From Neovahlkampfia damariscottae (Eukaryota): 64,000 bases of DNA. The notes beneath the pieces are model-generated. The model worked only from the letters and a program-made list of their open reading frames with translations, made no database searches and was not told where the DNA came from. This document shows, in pieces, positions 23,535-34,486 of the stretch (position 1 is the stretch's first letter; each line of letters starts with the position of its first letter). The position numbers and the translations under genes were made by a program. The stretch is taken from positions 1-64,000 of the forward strand of contig JABLTG010000023.1 in assembly GCA_016618085.1 (NCBI GenBank). Direction: 5' to 3'.

Positions 23535-25237
23535 TTATTCTTTTTGATTGTCACTTTTTTCATTGTCATCATCGCTTTTTTCATCATCACTTTCGTTTTT
23601 GAAACATTTTGAACATGCACAACAGTAAATCTGTCTACAATTTCTCCAATTTGTCATTCCAAATAAAATAATCAGTACATTGATTAGAATACAACAATAC
23701 AACAAATATGGCGAAAATAATGTCAATTCCCATGAAAAAGTACCTGGGAAAAAGAAACCTGCACAAAATACAGCAACAAAAATCATTGTAATGAAATTTG
23801 AAATATTGAGCAATATTGTTAATTGTGAGAATTTCAATTGAAAGAAATATTTCAACTTATCACGAAAATTGTCATGTTGAACCGAAAGTATTGAGAACAT
23901 TCGAACCGTATATACCCAAAGTAAAACTGAAACAACCAAACAAACTAAAAATTAGATTAATATTGAAATCCATACGAAATTCTGATATGGTAACCCAAAA
24001 GAAAATTAAAATTTGGAAAGTGATTCCAGGATCAAAATTTGACAAAGTTATAACATCACGAACCAAAAAAATAGTAAGTCCCAATAAAGCAAATGTTAAT
24101 AACAAAAATGTTGCGATGATCAAGAACAGTCTGTAATAGTGAGTTCAAATAGATATCAAACCTTTGCCGGAGAGTGAAAGTTTTCATTTTAAAACTCTTT
24201 GATTTTGTCAAAACGAAAGACCTACAATCATTTCAATTAAAATTAATTCAAGCTACCATAATGTGATGATTTGAAAGAATTGAATTAAAACAACAACTTG
24301 CGATAAAATTGATCCATAGATATGCAAGAACAATTCAATAAAATTCGACAACAATGCAAGAATAGACGCTATTAATGTCGAAACCAATGATAAAAAGATG
24401 ATTTGATTCTTCATTGAGAATAATACTTTCAATTTTGAAATGAAATTTTGCTTCTTTTTCTTTTCTTTGATATTTGAAATGTTTGAAACTAAAGTGAATA
24501 TAATAGAAATTCCAAATAATACAAAATATAAAACTGTTAAAAATAGCTGTTCTACACTTGTGGAATAGGGATAAATGTATCTGTTGATGATAGTATTGGA
24601 AAAAAAAATACGATTCTGTTTTTTAGAATAGCATGGATAAAAAAACTGAGCATAAGGCAATAGGTCACCTTCATATTCCATTATTTTTCCACATTTCTCC
24701 CATGGTTTGTAGAATTCATTTGACCAATGACAGCTTCCATTTTTTACTTTCTCCACGAAACTTTGACGAAATCTTGTTAAACAAACATGACAATGCTAAA
24801 ATTCAAAAAAATCGTTGTTTTACCATGAATACTCTTCTTTGATTGGATGAAGTGAAGTTCTCTATTTTATAAGTACTTTGGCAATAAATATTTTCGCACA
24901 TTTCTTTGTCTGTCAAATTGAGTGTTGTGTTGAAGATATCTCCAAATTCTTTTTCACTGCATAGTTCACCCAATGTGATTCCTGCTTTTGCGGGTCCATA
25001 AGCAATATAGTTTCTTTCATTTATTGACTCCAAACCATAGTCATAGAACAATGAGCTGTAACCCTTTAATGTTCACAAAAAAAACGGACTTACAAACAAA
25101 TACACAAGATGGATTTTCTTGGCTCCAGTGAAGTTATTCACTTTACCCATCTCGAAAACAGGTGCTGGGAACAAGTTGAATATTGAATATGAAGAAACAC
25201 TTATAAACAAAAGTGTGAAGTGAAACAAGTTCACCAT
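23535..25237 (-). CDS. Hypothetical receptor-like protein: signal peptide, Cys-containing ectodomain, ~7 TM segments
   Basis: Five short GT-AG introns join ORFs 25073, 24803, 24253, 23872 and 23535 in frame. CCAAT lies ~26 nt upstream of ATG 25237. Confidence 0.6.
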
Positions 25238-25412
25238 CCAATTAACGCTCGAAATGTGTTTCATTGGTTCAATTCCGGACATTTTAGCCACTTTTGGACA
25301 AATATAAAAAAAACTCAATGTTGAATATCCAGAAGCTATTTAAAAAAACTGAGTTGAATTGTTTTTCATCAATTAAACCAATGATTTTATTTCTTTATTC
25401 AAAAGTTTTTTG

Positions 25413-27035
25413 ATGCTGAAAATCAAGTTGTTGAAAAAATTTATTCGATTAAAATCAAACATTCATATAGATAATCCAGTTGGTCATTTTAACGAGCAAA
25501 TAAAACACTATTTAGAAGAAAAAGAAAATCATATTGCAAAACAGTTATTTCAAGATATTATGAAAAATAATTTGAAACCAAATGATGAAACTATATCAAT
25601 ATTCATGGACTCTTATTTAAAAAACAAAAACTTTCAAAATGCCCAAAATTTTCTGTTCAAAATAAAAAAATTAAAATTTGAAATTAATGAAGAAGAAAAG
25701 TTGACAAAATTTTTTGGACTGTATTTAAATTCAAGAGGTCCTAAATCATGCTTGGTAAAATTAGCTGAATTTGAATCAAAAACATACAAAATACCAATAA
25801 TTATTTATTTCAGAATTTTGACCGAATTTTTTAGAGAGAATAAAATAAAAGAAGCACTGGAATTATATCAAAAGTTATCAAAAAATGATAAAGAAAATAA
25901 TGTCTATTTCGTTTCAGTCATGATGAATAATTTTACAAACAAGAATATGCTTCAAGATTCAGAGGAGTTTTATGCCAAATTTGTGAAAGAAAATCCATCA
26001 GGTGTAAATACTCAATTGTTTAATTCACACTTGAATTTATTGCTAAAACAGAAAGAATTCAAAAAACTCGAAAATTCATTCAACAATGGTTCTTCAAAAA
26101 ATTTGATAAATGTGAATTCTTATCAAATCATTATGAATTGTTTCTTTCAACAAAATGATTTGAAAAATGTCATGAAATATTATATTGAAATGAAAAAATC
26201 TAATATCAAACCAAATTTTGAAATTTACGCCAATTTCATTGAATATTTCTGTTCCAAGAGAGAAATGGAAAAATCTGAACATATCCTCAATGAAATGGTG
26301 GAAAATGAAATTGCACCTACTATTGACATATTTAATATGTTTTTAGAAGGATATATTGATCAATGGGATGAGTTTCTAAAAATTGAAAAAACTATTCAAA
26401 GCTTAAAATTGTCCATGAATCGAAGAACATTCAACCTGTTAATCAGAGCACATTTAGAAAAAAATAACCAAAATCAAATAGATTTATACATTGAAAAATA
26501 TCCAAAATTTGGTATTGACAAGGATAATTTCTTCAAATTGCTTGAGTTATATATTCAAACGGAAACATCCAATGATATCATTAATTCTCGTTTACTCAAA
26601 AAATTACCTTTAAAACTCTCCAATTCAGAACAATTAAAATTACTTGAGTTGTTATTGTCCATTAACAATTTCACTTTTGTCAATAAAATTATTGGTTCAA
26701 ATGAAAAGTGGAGTGAAGAATTTTTGAATGAGTTTCTGAAGATTTTTTTGAAATTGAATAAAATTGAAGAAATGAAATCTACAGTAATGGACATGATCAA
26801 ACAAAAAATCAATATTCATTTTGATGTGTATTATCAGTATATTGTTAAACTATCGGAGATGTCAGATTTGGAAAATGCAAAATCATTATTCAGTTGGATA
26901 CCATTGTTATATAATTTTAATCCACCAAAAGAATTATATTTACGAATGATTAAAAAATATTATGAAAATGGAAATGTCAAAGATGCTACCAAACTGTTGA
27001 ATGAAATGGAATCAACAATGGAAAATATTAAATAA
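25413..27035 (+). CDS. Pentatricopeptide repeat (PPR) protein, probably mitochondrial
   Basis: 35-aa repeats such as MKKSNIKPNFEIYANFI and MVENEIAPTIDIFNMFL; basic N-terminus. Confidence 0.8.
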   Translation: MLKIKLLKKFIRLKSNIHIDNPVGHFNEQIKHYLEEKENHIAKQLFQDIMKNNLKPNDETISIFMDSYLKNKNFQNAQNFLFKIKKLKFEINEEEKLTKFFGLYLNSRGPKSCLVKLAEFESKTYKIPIIIYFRILTEFFRENKIKEALELYQKLSKNDKENNVYFVSVMMNNFTNKNMLQDSEEFYAKFVKENPSGVNTQLFNSHLNLLLKQKEFKKLENSFNNGSSKNLINVNSYQIIMNCFFQQNDLKNVMKYYIEMKKSNIKPNFEIYANFIEYFCSKREMEKSEHILNEMVENEIAPTIDIFNMFLEGYIDQWDEFLKIEKTIQSLKLSMNRRTFNLLIRAHLEKNNQNQIDLYIEKYPKFGIDKDNFFKLLELYIQTETSNDIINSRLLKKLPLKLSNSEQLKLLELLLSINNFTFVNKIIGSNEKWSEEFLNEFLKIFLKLNKIEEMKSTVMDMIKQKINIHFDVYYQYIVKLSEMSDLENAKSLFSWIPLLYNFNPPKELYLRMIKKYYENGNVKDATKLLNEMESTMENIK

Positions 27036-27054
27036 ATTGAGGTTACTTTTTAAA

Positions 27055-27125
27055 GGTTCTGTGGTATACCGGGAGCACATGAGATTCCAATCCTCAAGGT
27101 GTGGGTTCGACTCCCAACTGAACTA
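27055..27125 (+). tRNA. tRNA-Trp(CCA)-like gene with several stem mismatches (divergent tRNA or tRNA pseudogene)
   Basis: 71-nt cloverleaf with A-box TGGTATACCGG, anticodon loop TTCCAAT, perfect B-box GGTTCGACTCC, and T7 immediately downstream. Confidence 0.7.
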
Positions 27126-27132
27126 TTTTTTT
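27126..27132 (+). terminator. RNA polymerase III oligo-T terminator
   Basis: TTTTTTT directly after the tRNA discriminator base. Confidence 0.6.
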
Positions 27133-27171
27133 GATACAAAGTCATCCAATCATATCAACGCAAAAAATAGA

Positions 27172-28086
27172 ATGACTGAAGTCAAAAAAATTCTCACCTC
27201 AAATAACGACAAGTTTCATGATTTCTTTGAACTCAAAGATTCAACACTGATGGTTGCAGGTCAAAACTCATATTATACTCAAAAACCTGAAGAAAAAACT
27301 TTTTCAGAAACAAAGGATTCCTGTTCATCTTTTTTTCATATCACAAAAGATGAAGATATTTCTTTTGGTACTGGTAGACTTTTATTTCACATCAGTTCAA
27401 AAGACAAAAAAGAATATCGTTTTGTCGGACCAAAAGATTCTGAAATCAAACTCACTTTCAAAACTAAAGATCAACAATTGTTCCAATTTTATGCATCTTT
27501 TGGTTTAACAATTGACATGGTTGATTTAAAACTTGATGGTACATCTACAGCCAGACAATCTCTAGAATCATTTTCAAACACTGACGCAAGTCGTTTGGTC
27601 AAAAGATACTATGAAATTGATGAAAATTTATTAATTGTATGTAAAAATACTTTTATTCTTTTCAAAGTTGAAGATGATTCGTTAAAGAAAATCAAATCAT
27701 TTTCTGTTCCAGTTGGATATCAACAATTCATCATTGATTTCATTAAATTAAAAAATGGGAAATTTATAACGTTGTTAAATAATGGTTGTCTTCAAATGAT
27801 TGACTTTGAAAATGAAAAAGCATTGTACAACGAAACGAATACTGAAATTCCAACCAATTTCAAAACTAAATTTGTTACTGGACCTGGATGTCTTGAAGAA
27901 TGGAATGAGAATTATTTGATTTTTTCCTACTTAAATGAATTGAAATACTTTGATCTTAATGAATTCAAAACGACTATTTTATTAACATTTGATCAACCAA
28001 TTCAAAAAGTGAAAAAATTGAAAAATGGAAATTATGGAATTTTGAGTGAATCTTCTCTTTTTGAATATAAATTTGTTGAAAACTAA
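27172..28086 (+). CDS. Hypothetical protein, possibly beta-propeller-like
   Basis: True ATG probably 27172 (CCAAT at 27146); the upstream part of the listed ORF is the tRNA. Blade-like segments FIKLKNGKFITL and VKKLKNGNYGIL. Confidence 0.6.
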   Translation: MTEVKKILTSNNDKFHDFFELKDSTLMVAGQNSYYTQKPEEKTFSETKDSCSSFFHITKDEDISFGTGRLLFHISSKDKKEYRFVGPKDSEIKLTFKTKDQQLFQFYASFGLTIDMVDLKLDGTSTARQSLESFSNTDASRLVKRYYEIDENLLIVCKNTFILFKVEDDSLKKIKSFSVPVGYQQFIIDFIKLKNGKFITLLNNGCLQMIDFENEKALYNETNTEIPTNFKTKFVTGPGCLEEWNENYLIFSYLNELKYFDLNEFKTTILLTFDQPIQKVKKLKNGNYGILSESSLFEYKFVEN

Positions 28087-28175
28087 AAAAAAAATAAATC
28101 TTGATTTTTATCAAATAGCAACAACTGATTGGTGGAATATTTCAGAGATTGATTTTTTTTGTTGACAGAGTATTA

Positions 28176-29130
28176 ATGTCAGATTCACCATATCAAACGT
28201 TACATCGTAAAACAGGTGCATTAGAATATACAGGACATCGGAAATCGAACAAAAAAGTTTGTGCCTCACTTCTCTTTGCTGCATGTATTTTTTTGACTTG
28301 TTGTTGCTGTTGTTGTCTTTTTTCGGTAGGAGGACTTGCTGGAACTTTTGGAATAGTATACGCAGCAACTACAGAAACTGAAAGAATAGGTTTCTTCCAA
28401 ACTTTTGGAAAATGGAATGGTTTGCCTTTGAATGAAAATTCAGCAATTGCTGGTGGTTGGAAATTGCACTCAAATGTCAGTTGTGAAGGTTCAGTTTATT
28501 ATTTAAATAATAAAACAACAACTGGAATGATCTATGATGTCAGAGGTTTCTTATCAGGTGTACAAGTTGGTATTGAATATAAACCAAACAAATTATTAGA
28601 TTTTTGGCATCAAGATCAAATGAATGGAAAGGATTTTTATACTCTCAAGTTATATTTTGTAAATGAAACAGAAATTTGTGGTGAAAGAAAATCTGGACCT
28701 TTTGGTGATTTGTTGATGATTAAAAAATTATCCAATGGATTTTTGACATACCCAAATTCACAATCATCACAACCTTTCATGGGATTTAAAAAAGGAGCTT
28801 GTATGCCATTAATGGGTGTTCATTATTGGTATTTCAAATTTAAAAATAATTCACATTTTTGACAGGGACATCCCAACACCTTCAAATACATCTTGTGATG
28901 ATATAGGACCTGTTTTCCTCATGTACAACAATGGACTATTAAATTCATTTGGTATAATCATGGCACAAGGTCCAATGGACAAAATAGATGATGGTTGGGA
29001 ACAACCACCTCAAAATGTCTTCAACTTTTTTTTCGACCCAAATTATTTACCAATTCCACCATGCACATATAACAGAAATGTAACTGCAATGCATTTCACA
29101 TTCAATAATTTCTATGCACTTCGTTGTTGA
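28176..29130 (+). CDS. Type II membrane protein with CxxxMGxHYW motif (uncharacterised family)
   Basis: Poly-Cys TM segment, YDVRGFLSGVQ, CMPLMGVHYW across intron ~28830-28865, PVFLMYNNG, WEQP, MHF. Confidence 0.7.
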
Positions 29131-29210
29131 TCAAAAATTGTTTTTTTAATTTCAAAGGTGCAAAAAAAACAAAACAAAATGTACAGACGAAAATTTACAA
29201 ACAACAAAAT

Positions 29211-30332
29211 TTAACTTTTAATTTTTTTTCTTTTATTTCCTGAACCACCTCTCTTTCTTTTTTTACTTGTATTTACAGGTGGTGAAGAAGGTGTTTCACA
29301 TTCATTTATTGTTTCTATAAGAACATCAGAAAAATCCAATGATTTTGAATAGAATTGATCAAAATGTTTGATCAAAGTACATCTATTTTTACCAACTTTA
29401 AACTCAAATATTGTTCCAAATGAATTATTAATTTCATTATTATAACCACCATAAACTAAAAATGATTCTTTTTGTGGAATCATACAATGACCAAATCTTG
29501 ACATTGGTTTTTTTAAGAAATCATAATTATACCATCTCTTTTCCAAGAAAGAATACTCATGAACTTGATCATCAGATGTTGATCCATAAACAAATAATGA
29601 ATCATTAACAACACAACAACCGTGTGATTTTCTTGGTGAAGGAGGTTGACCTACAGAAAAACAGTCTTTCCAAACATCTTTTTTAAAGTCATATTCGATT
29701 AAATCATTTGAAATTTGATCAATTTCATTTGATTTTATGTGTCCTCCAAATACATAAAGTTTATCTTTATATATCACTGATTTATGACCATACCTTTGAA
29801 ATTTATGTGGTGTTTTAGTTATCCATTTATAATTCTGTATATCATAAAATTGTAAATCATTGAAAAATAATCCACTTCCTGAATGTCCAGCGAATAAAAC
29901 AAGATAATTTTCATGAACATTTAAAGTGTGATAATGTCGAAAAGAAGGAGTATTTTGTGTTTTCAAATGTATCCATTCTCTTGTTTTGAATGAAAATTTC
30001 CATAAATCTCCACATTCTATTCTGTTAATTTTTTTTTCTTTTAAAAACTTACCCAAATTGTTTGAATCAAAACCACCAAAAATATAAAAATCATCTTTGT
30101 GCTGAACTGAAGCATGAGCTCCTCTCCTAGTTGGACCAAAAGTATGTGTTTGGACTACTTTCCAAGTGTTGGTTTTCATATCAAATTCATAGAAATCATC
30201 GAGTTTGGATAAGTTGGTTTTCTCTCCTCCAAATATATAAAAGTTATCGTTATATAAAGAATGTGAATGTTCACTTCTATCTACAGGTCTCTCCAAAGAA
30301 TTTTGTTGAACTTCAACCCAGTGCTTCATCAT
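29211..30332 (-). CDS. Kelch-repeat protein
   Basis: Six repeats with RxxH...YxFGG; probable in-frame intron 30017-30052; basic NLS-like tail. Confidence 0.88.
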   Translation of the reverse strand: MMKHWVEVQQNSLERPVDRSEHSHSLYNDNFYIFGGEKTNLSKLDDFYEFDMKTNTWKVVQTHTFGPTRRGAHASVQHKDDFYIFGGFDSNNLGKFLKEKKINRIECGDLWKFSFKTREWIHLKTQNTPSFRHYHTLNVHENYLVLFAGHSGSGLFFNDLQFYDIQNYKWITKTPHKFQRYGHKSVIYKDKLYVFGGHIKSNEIDQISNDLIEYDFKKDVWKDCFSVGQPPSPRKSHGCCVVNDSLFVYGSTSDDQVHEYSFLEKRWYNYDFLKKPMSRFGHCMIPQKESFLVYGGYNNEINNSFGTIFEFKVGKNRCTLIKHFDQFYSKSLDFSDVLIETINECETPSSPPVNTSKKRKRGGSGNKRKKIKS

Positions 30333-30581
30333 AACTGAATTTTGATTGTATTTGATTGGATATTTGGTTTCAGTTTTATTTTGATAATTTTGAAATCAAA
30401 AAAATCATTTTATAGCAATGATTTACCTATTGTCAAACAGTTTGAGTTCACAGCTCTTCTGACAAAGTTGGATCAAATCAACTGAAAGATTGTATTTTTG
30501 TTGATTCATTCAGCAATGCTCAATTGCTTGTCAGAACCCTAGACAAGATTCTTCATTAATAAATGTGAGAATAAGAAACAT

Positions 30582-31323
30582 TTAATATTTCAAATCTAAA
30601 AATTTTTGTAATTTTTCCCATCTCTGTTTAGTTTTGCATTTTGTTTCAAATATTTTCAAAGCATGATTCCACATTCCTTCAGAAGCCAATTTCATCTTCA
30701 AAATACCTTTTACACTCATCAATAAACCGAATTGTTCATTGAACGAATTTGTTTCAATCACTTCAGCCATAAAATCTATTATTTCTTTTGCAGGTAATGA
30801 ATAAAGAGATTTCAAAGTTGATTTTTGATCACAACTTATAATATCTTCAATTTTACAATTCTTCTGTAAAAAATCATTGATTGTCGTTTCTTCATATTCC
30901 ATTTGTTGTAATGTAGTCGCATATAAATTTTGTAATTTTAAATACATTTCTTCTCCAAATTCCACTCTTTTCTGGAAATCTTTTTCCTTTTTTATTTCTT
31001 TAATCTTATTGGTAATTCCATCATACGATTTTATAGAGTTCTCTTTTTTTGTTTGAATTATTTTAAGTTTTTTTGTTACCTTGTTGTTCTGTCCATTTTT
31101 TGAATAGTTTTTCGTCTATTTCTTGGATCAAATTTTGTGCCATTTCCAATTCAACTTTGATGTGAAGTCTGATGTATGTTTGAAAAAGATTTTCCAATAA
31201 TTCATAAGCAAGATCAACTTCAAAATTTTCAGTGAAATCTAAACATCCAAATTCATGGAGAGTAGTTGACCATAGATTTCTATAAAACTTGTGTGGAGCT
31301 CTAAAAGTGTTTGGCTTCATCAT
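30582..31323 (-). CDS. Hypothetical protein (2 exons)
   Basis: Intron ~31043-31079 joins ORFs 31063-31323 and 30582-30965. CCAAT (minus strand) at ~31343. Confidence 0.55.
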
Positions 31324-31956
31324 GGTTTATAGACACTGTTTGATTGGTTCGGAATAATAGTTGATTTTTGAAAAACGAGTTACCTCGAGCAAAATGCAAA
31401 TCACAAAAATTGAAATTGATTAATAAACTAATACTAGGTTTTGTTTGTTTACTGTCAAAATTCATATTTGATAGTTTTGACTTGGTGCTGTTACTTCTTT
31501 TTGTTCCTTCAAATTTTGAAAAGAATTACTTGAGTTTAAGCTCTCATCTACTTATAAATATTTACAACTTAACTTTTAAACGGGCACTTATGGAGTAATA
31601 TTCAGAGCAATTAGAAATAGTTGAAAGAGAAGTATTTGGATCCAAGTGATAAATTAGATTAACAAAAACTCTATTTGTTATTGTGATGCAATTTTATTAT
31701 TTAAAAGTTCAGAAGTTTAGCATGGCTGTTATGTAAAATAATTGAATATTATTCCGCACTCTACCAAGCTTTGAAGTACTATTAACAATCTGATGACCTA
31801 ATGTGACTTCAAATTACATTGGAGATAAGATTGTGTTTATACTGATGAATTCCAACAATCACAAGAGAAAGTTAAAATCAAAAAAAATTTCAATTTTTTG
31901 AAAAACAAAATTATGGTCAAAGGACGAATCAAAAAAAGAAATGTCAAAATACAATT

Positions 31957-33390
31957 TTATTTTGAAAGTTTGTTTGTAATTTCTTGATGATATTCTCTCA
32001 TTCCATTACCTAATTGAACAATTCTTGAATAAATTTCATTCATTCTTTGTTCATGTAATTCCTTCAAATTTTCAATCTTCGAAATTTAGTTTTGTTTGAG
32101 ACTTACATTTCTTTCCATTTCAATGATGGATTGTTTATTATAATCTAAACGAATGAGATAATCTTCTCTATTCTTGTCAAGTACTGATTTCTCCCGAGAA
32201 ATATCTTTTCTTAATTCTTCATTGATTGCTCTTTTTTCTTCTTGTTGTTTTCTTAAATGTTCGAATTTTTCTTGTTGGCTTTGTATTTGACGATTCATGT
32301 GGCTTTGGTATGTCTTTAATTCCTCAATATCTTCCAATACTCTCTTATTTGAATTCTTCAAATTTTTGTTTTCTTCTTTGATTTGGAGATGTGATGCATA
32401 TTGAGATTCAATTTCATTGACTAAAGTTTCACAATTTGTGATATCTTTAATTTGTTGTCTCTTCTCTTTTAAAAGATTCTCTGACTTTGAATTCTTATCT
32501 TCAACCTTGGAAACTGAACTTTTCAATTCTTCAACTGACTGACTTAAATTCGAAATTTTCATTCTTAATTGCTCTGGATTTTGAACAATTTGTGATCTCA
32601 AGAGTTTACATTCTTTTTGAGTGATGTCTAAATTTTCTTTATCAACTTGGATTTTGTCTTCTATTTCACCATTTTTTGTCTTTAACTCTTTGTTTATTTC
32701 TGAAAGTTGCATTTGTTCTGAGTTCAATTGTTGGATTTTGATGGACATATCTTTCATATACTTTTCTAAATATTCAATTTCAGGTTTTTCAGCTTCTTTG
32801 GTTGTTCTAATTTTTTGAACTTTTGTTAATAAGTCTTCATGTTGTTCAACTAAATTGTCTTTTTTTATTACAAGTTTTTCCTTTCAAAAAAAATTAAGTA
32901 TTTTTTTCGGTTTATTTACAGATTCTACACTTAATTCTTCATATTTATCAATTCTTTTTTGTCTGAAACGAGCAAAATTGATGAGAGCACTTAAATGATG
33001 ACGAAATCTCTTTGTTTCTGGTGTCAAAAGATCTGAAATTGGTGAAAAATCATTGATTCCAATTGACTCAAACAAGAATTTTCTTTGATAAAACTTTAGT
33101 TAAATGTTTTCTGCTTACAAGTTTTTTTTGAATTCAAATTCTGTGATGGATTGATCATGAAGTTCAGGTGATTCAAGAATATCTGTTGCTTCCATTGATG
33201 GCATTGTTAATTCATCTTGACTTTTATCAAAAATTCTTTCCATGAATTTTCCATAAACTTTTTTAACGAATTGAGGTGAAGGGTTTTTTATTTCGTTTGC
33301 TGGTATTTGGAGTTCATTGAGTACATCATATATTTCTTGATATCCTAGAAGTGGTGCTTCATATTGAGGTTGGTTTGTGTCTTTACTCAT
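31957..33390 (-). CDS. NUF2: Kinetochore protein Nuf2
   Basis: DLLTPETKRFRHHLSALINFARFR, IVQNPEQL, long coiled coil, three introns. Confidence 0.88.
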
Positions 33391-33820
33391 GGTTTGTGTT
33401 GATACGGTTAGAAATGGCGCGTAAAAGTTAACCAATCATTTTACTTTTTTTTTTTTCTAATTTTTTAGAAACTGAAAGTTTTCAAAATCAAATTCAAAAT
33501 AACCAATTTACAATTTCACTATTCGTTTTTTTCTTTTGAAGAAATGAGTTTCTTTTGAATCTATTTAAATCCTCCTTGTTGGAATCAGAATTGAATTCCG
33601 TAATAAAATTGTTATAAATGCATTAAAGAAATGAAATTGAAAAAATCTTAAAGATATTCTAAATTAGAGTATCATTACACAAAGAATTTACGTTTAATGT
33701 ACCATATGTTGTAAAAATTTGAAGGAAATAAATATTTTTTGATCTTTCAAATTATGATCTGCAATTTGAAGAACTGTTTCATTGGACTAGGTCAGATCTA
33801 TTCCTCTACTAATTCAAATA

Positions 33821-34237
33821 ATGTTTCGCTCACTAGCCCACAAGTTTCATGACTTCAAAAACATCAAACGTTGTATTTCTACATCTCCTGTGATTGCAGA
33901 TGAAGATATTGAACAGATTATCATTTTTGGTGATATTGCTCTTCGTACATCAAAGTTTGAAAGTTTCATCATGTCAATGAATCTTCAACACTCCAAAGAA
34001 TTATCAGATCTACTCTTTGAAAATCATCATATTCAATTGAGATATCTTGAAGAAATTCGTGAAATGGAGAAGGAAAAAGCAAAAATTCATCACCTTTACC
34101 AAAATGAACTCTCTGATCAACAAAAAGAAATTTATGAACTTCAAAACAAGTTAATGAAAAAAACTGCTGAACTCCAATACTTGACTGGAGATTTGGAATT
34201 CTGTGCTAAGAAATTGATGAATGATACTGATGAATAA
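33821..34237 (+). CDS. Hypothetical coiled-coil protein with possible mitochondrial presequence
   Basis: 138-aa ORF starting MFRSLAHKF...KRCISTS; ATTGGAC at 33781. Confidence 0.5.
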   Translation: MFRSLAHKFHDFKNIKRCISTSPVIADEDIEQIIIFGDIALRTSKFESFIMSMNLQHSKELSDLLFENHHIQLRYLEEIREMEKEKAKIHHLYQNELSDQQKEIYELQNKLMKKTAELQYLTGDLEFCAKKLMNDTDE

Positions 34238-34486
34238 AGTTTTTGTTGACATTTTCAAACCTGTGTGATTTATTTTTCAGTGAGTCGTCCAACAACAATT
34301 CACCAACCAACAAATTTTTAATGGAGAGGACAACGGACAATTTTTTTTTATTACTATTATTTTTAATTGAACAGATCCAATATTAACTCTTCTTCAATTT
34401 TTCAGCTTCAATTAGAAGATCCAAAAATGACTTTCGAAATGTCTTCAATAAGAAGTTGACCAATGAAACAGTTTTGAAACACAAAA

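Noticed and set aside
27001..27171. N-terminal extension of ORF 27001-28086
   Set aside because: Overlaps the PPR stop and the tRNA; CCAAT position supports ATG 27172.
31700..31850. AGAAGTTTAGCATGGC (U6-like) and TGATGA..CTGA (C/D-box-like) words
   Set aside because: No ACAGAGA box or U6 internal stem-loop, and no recognisable rRNA guide or terminal stem.
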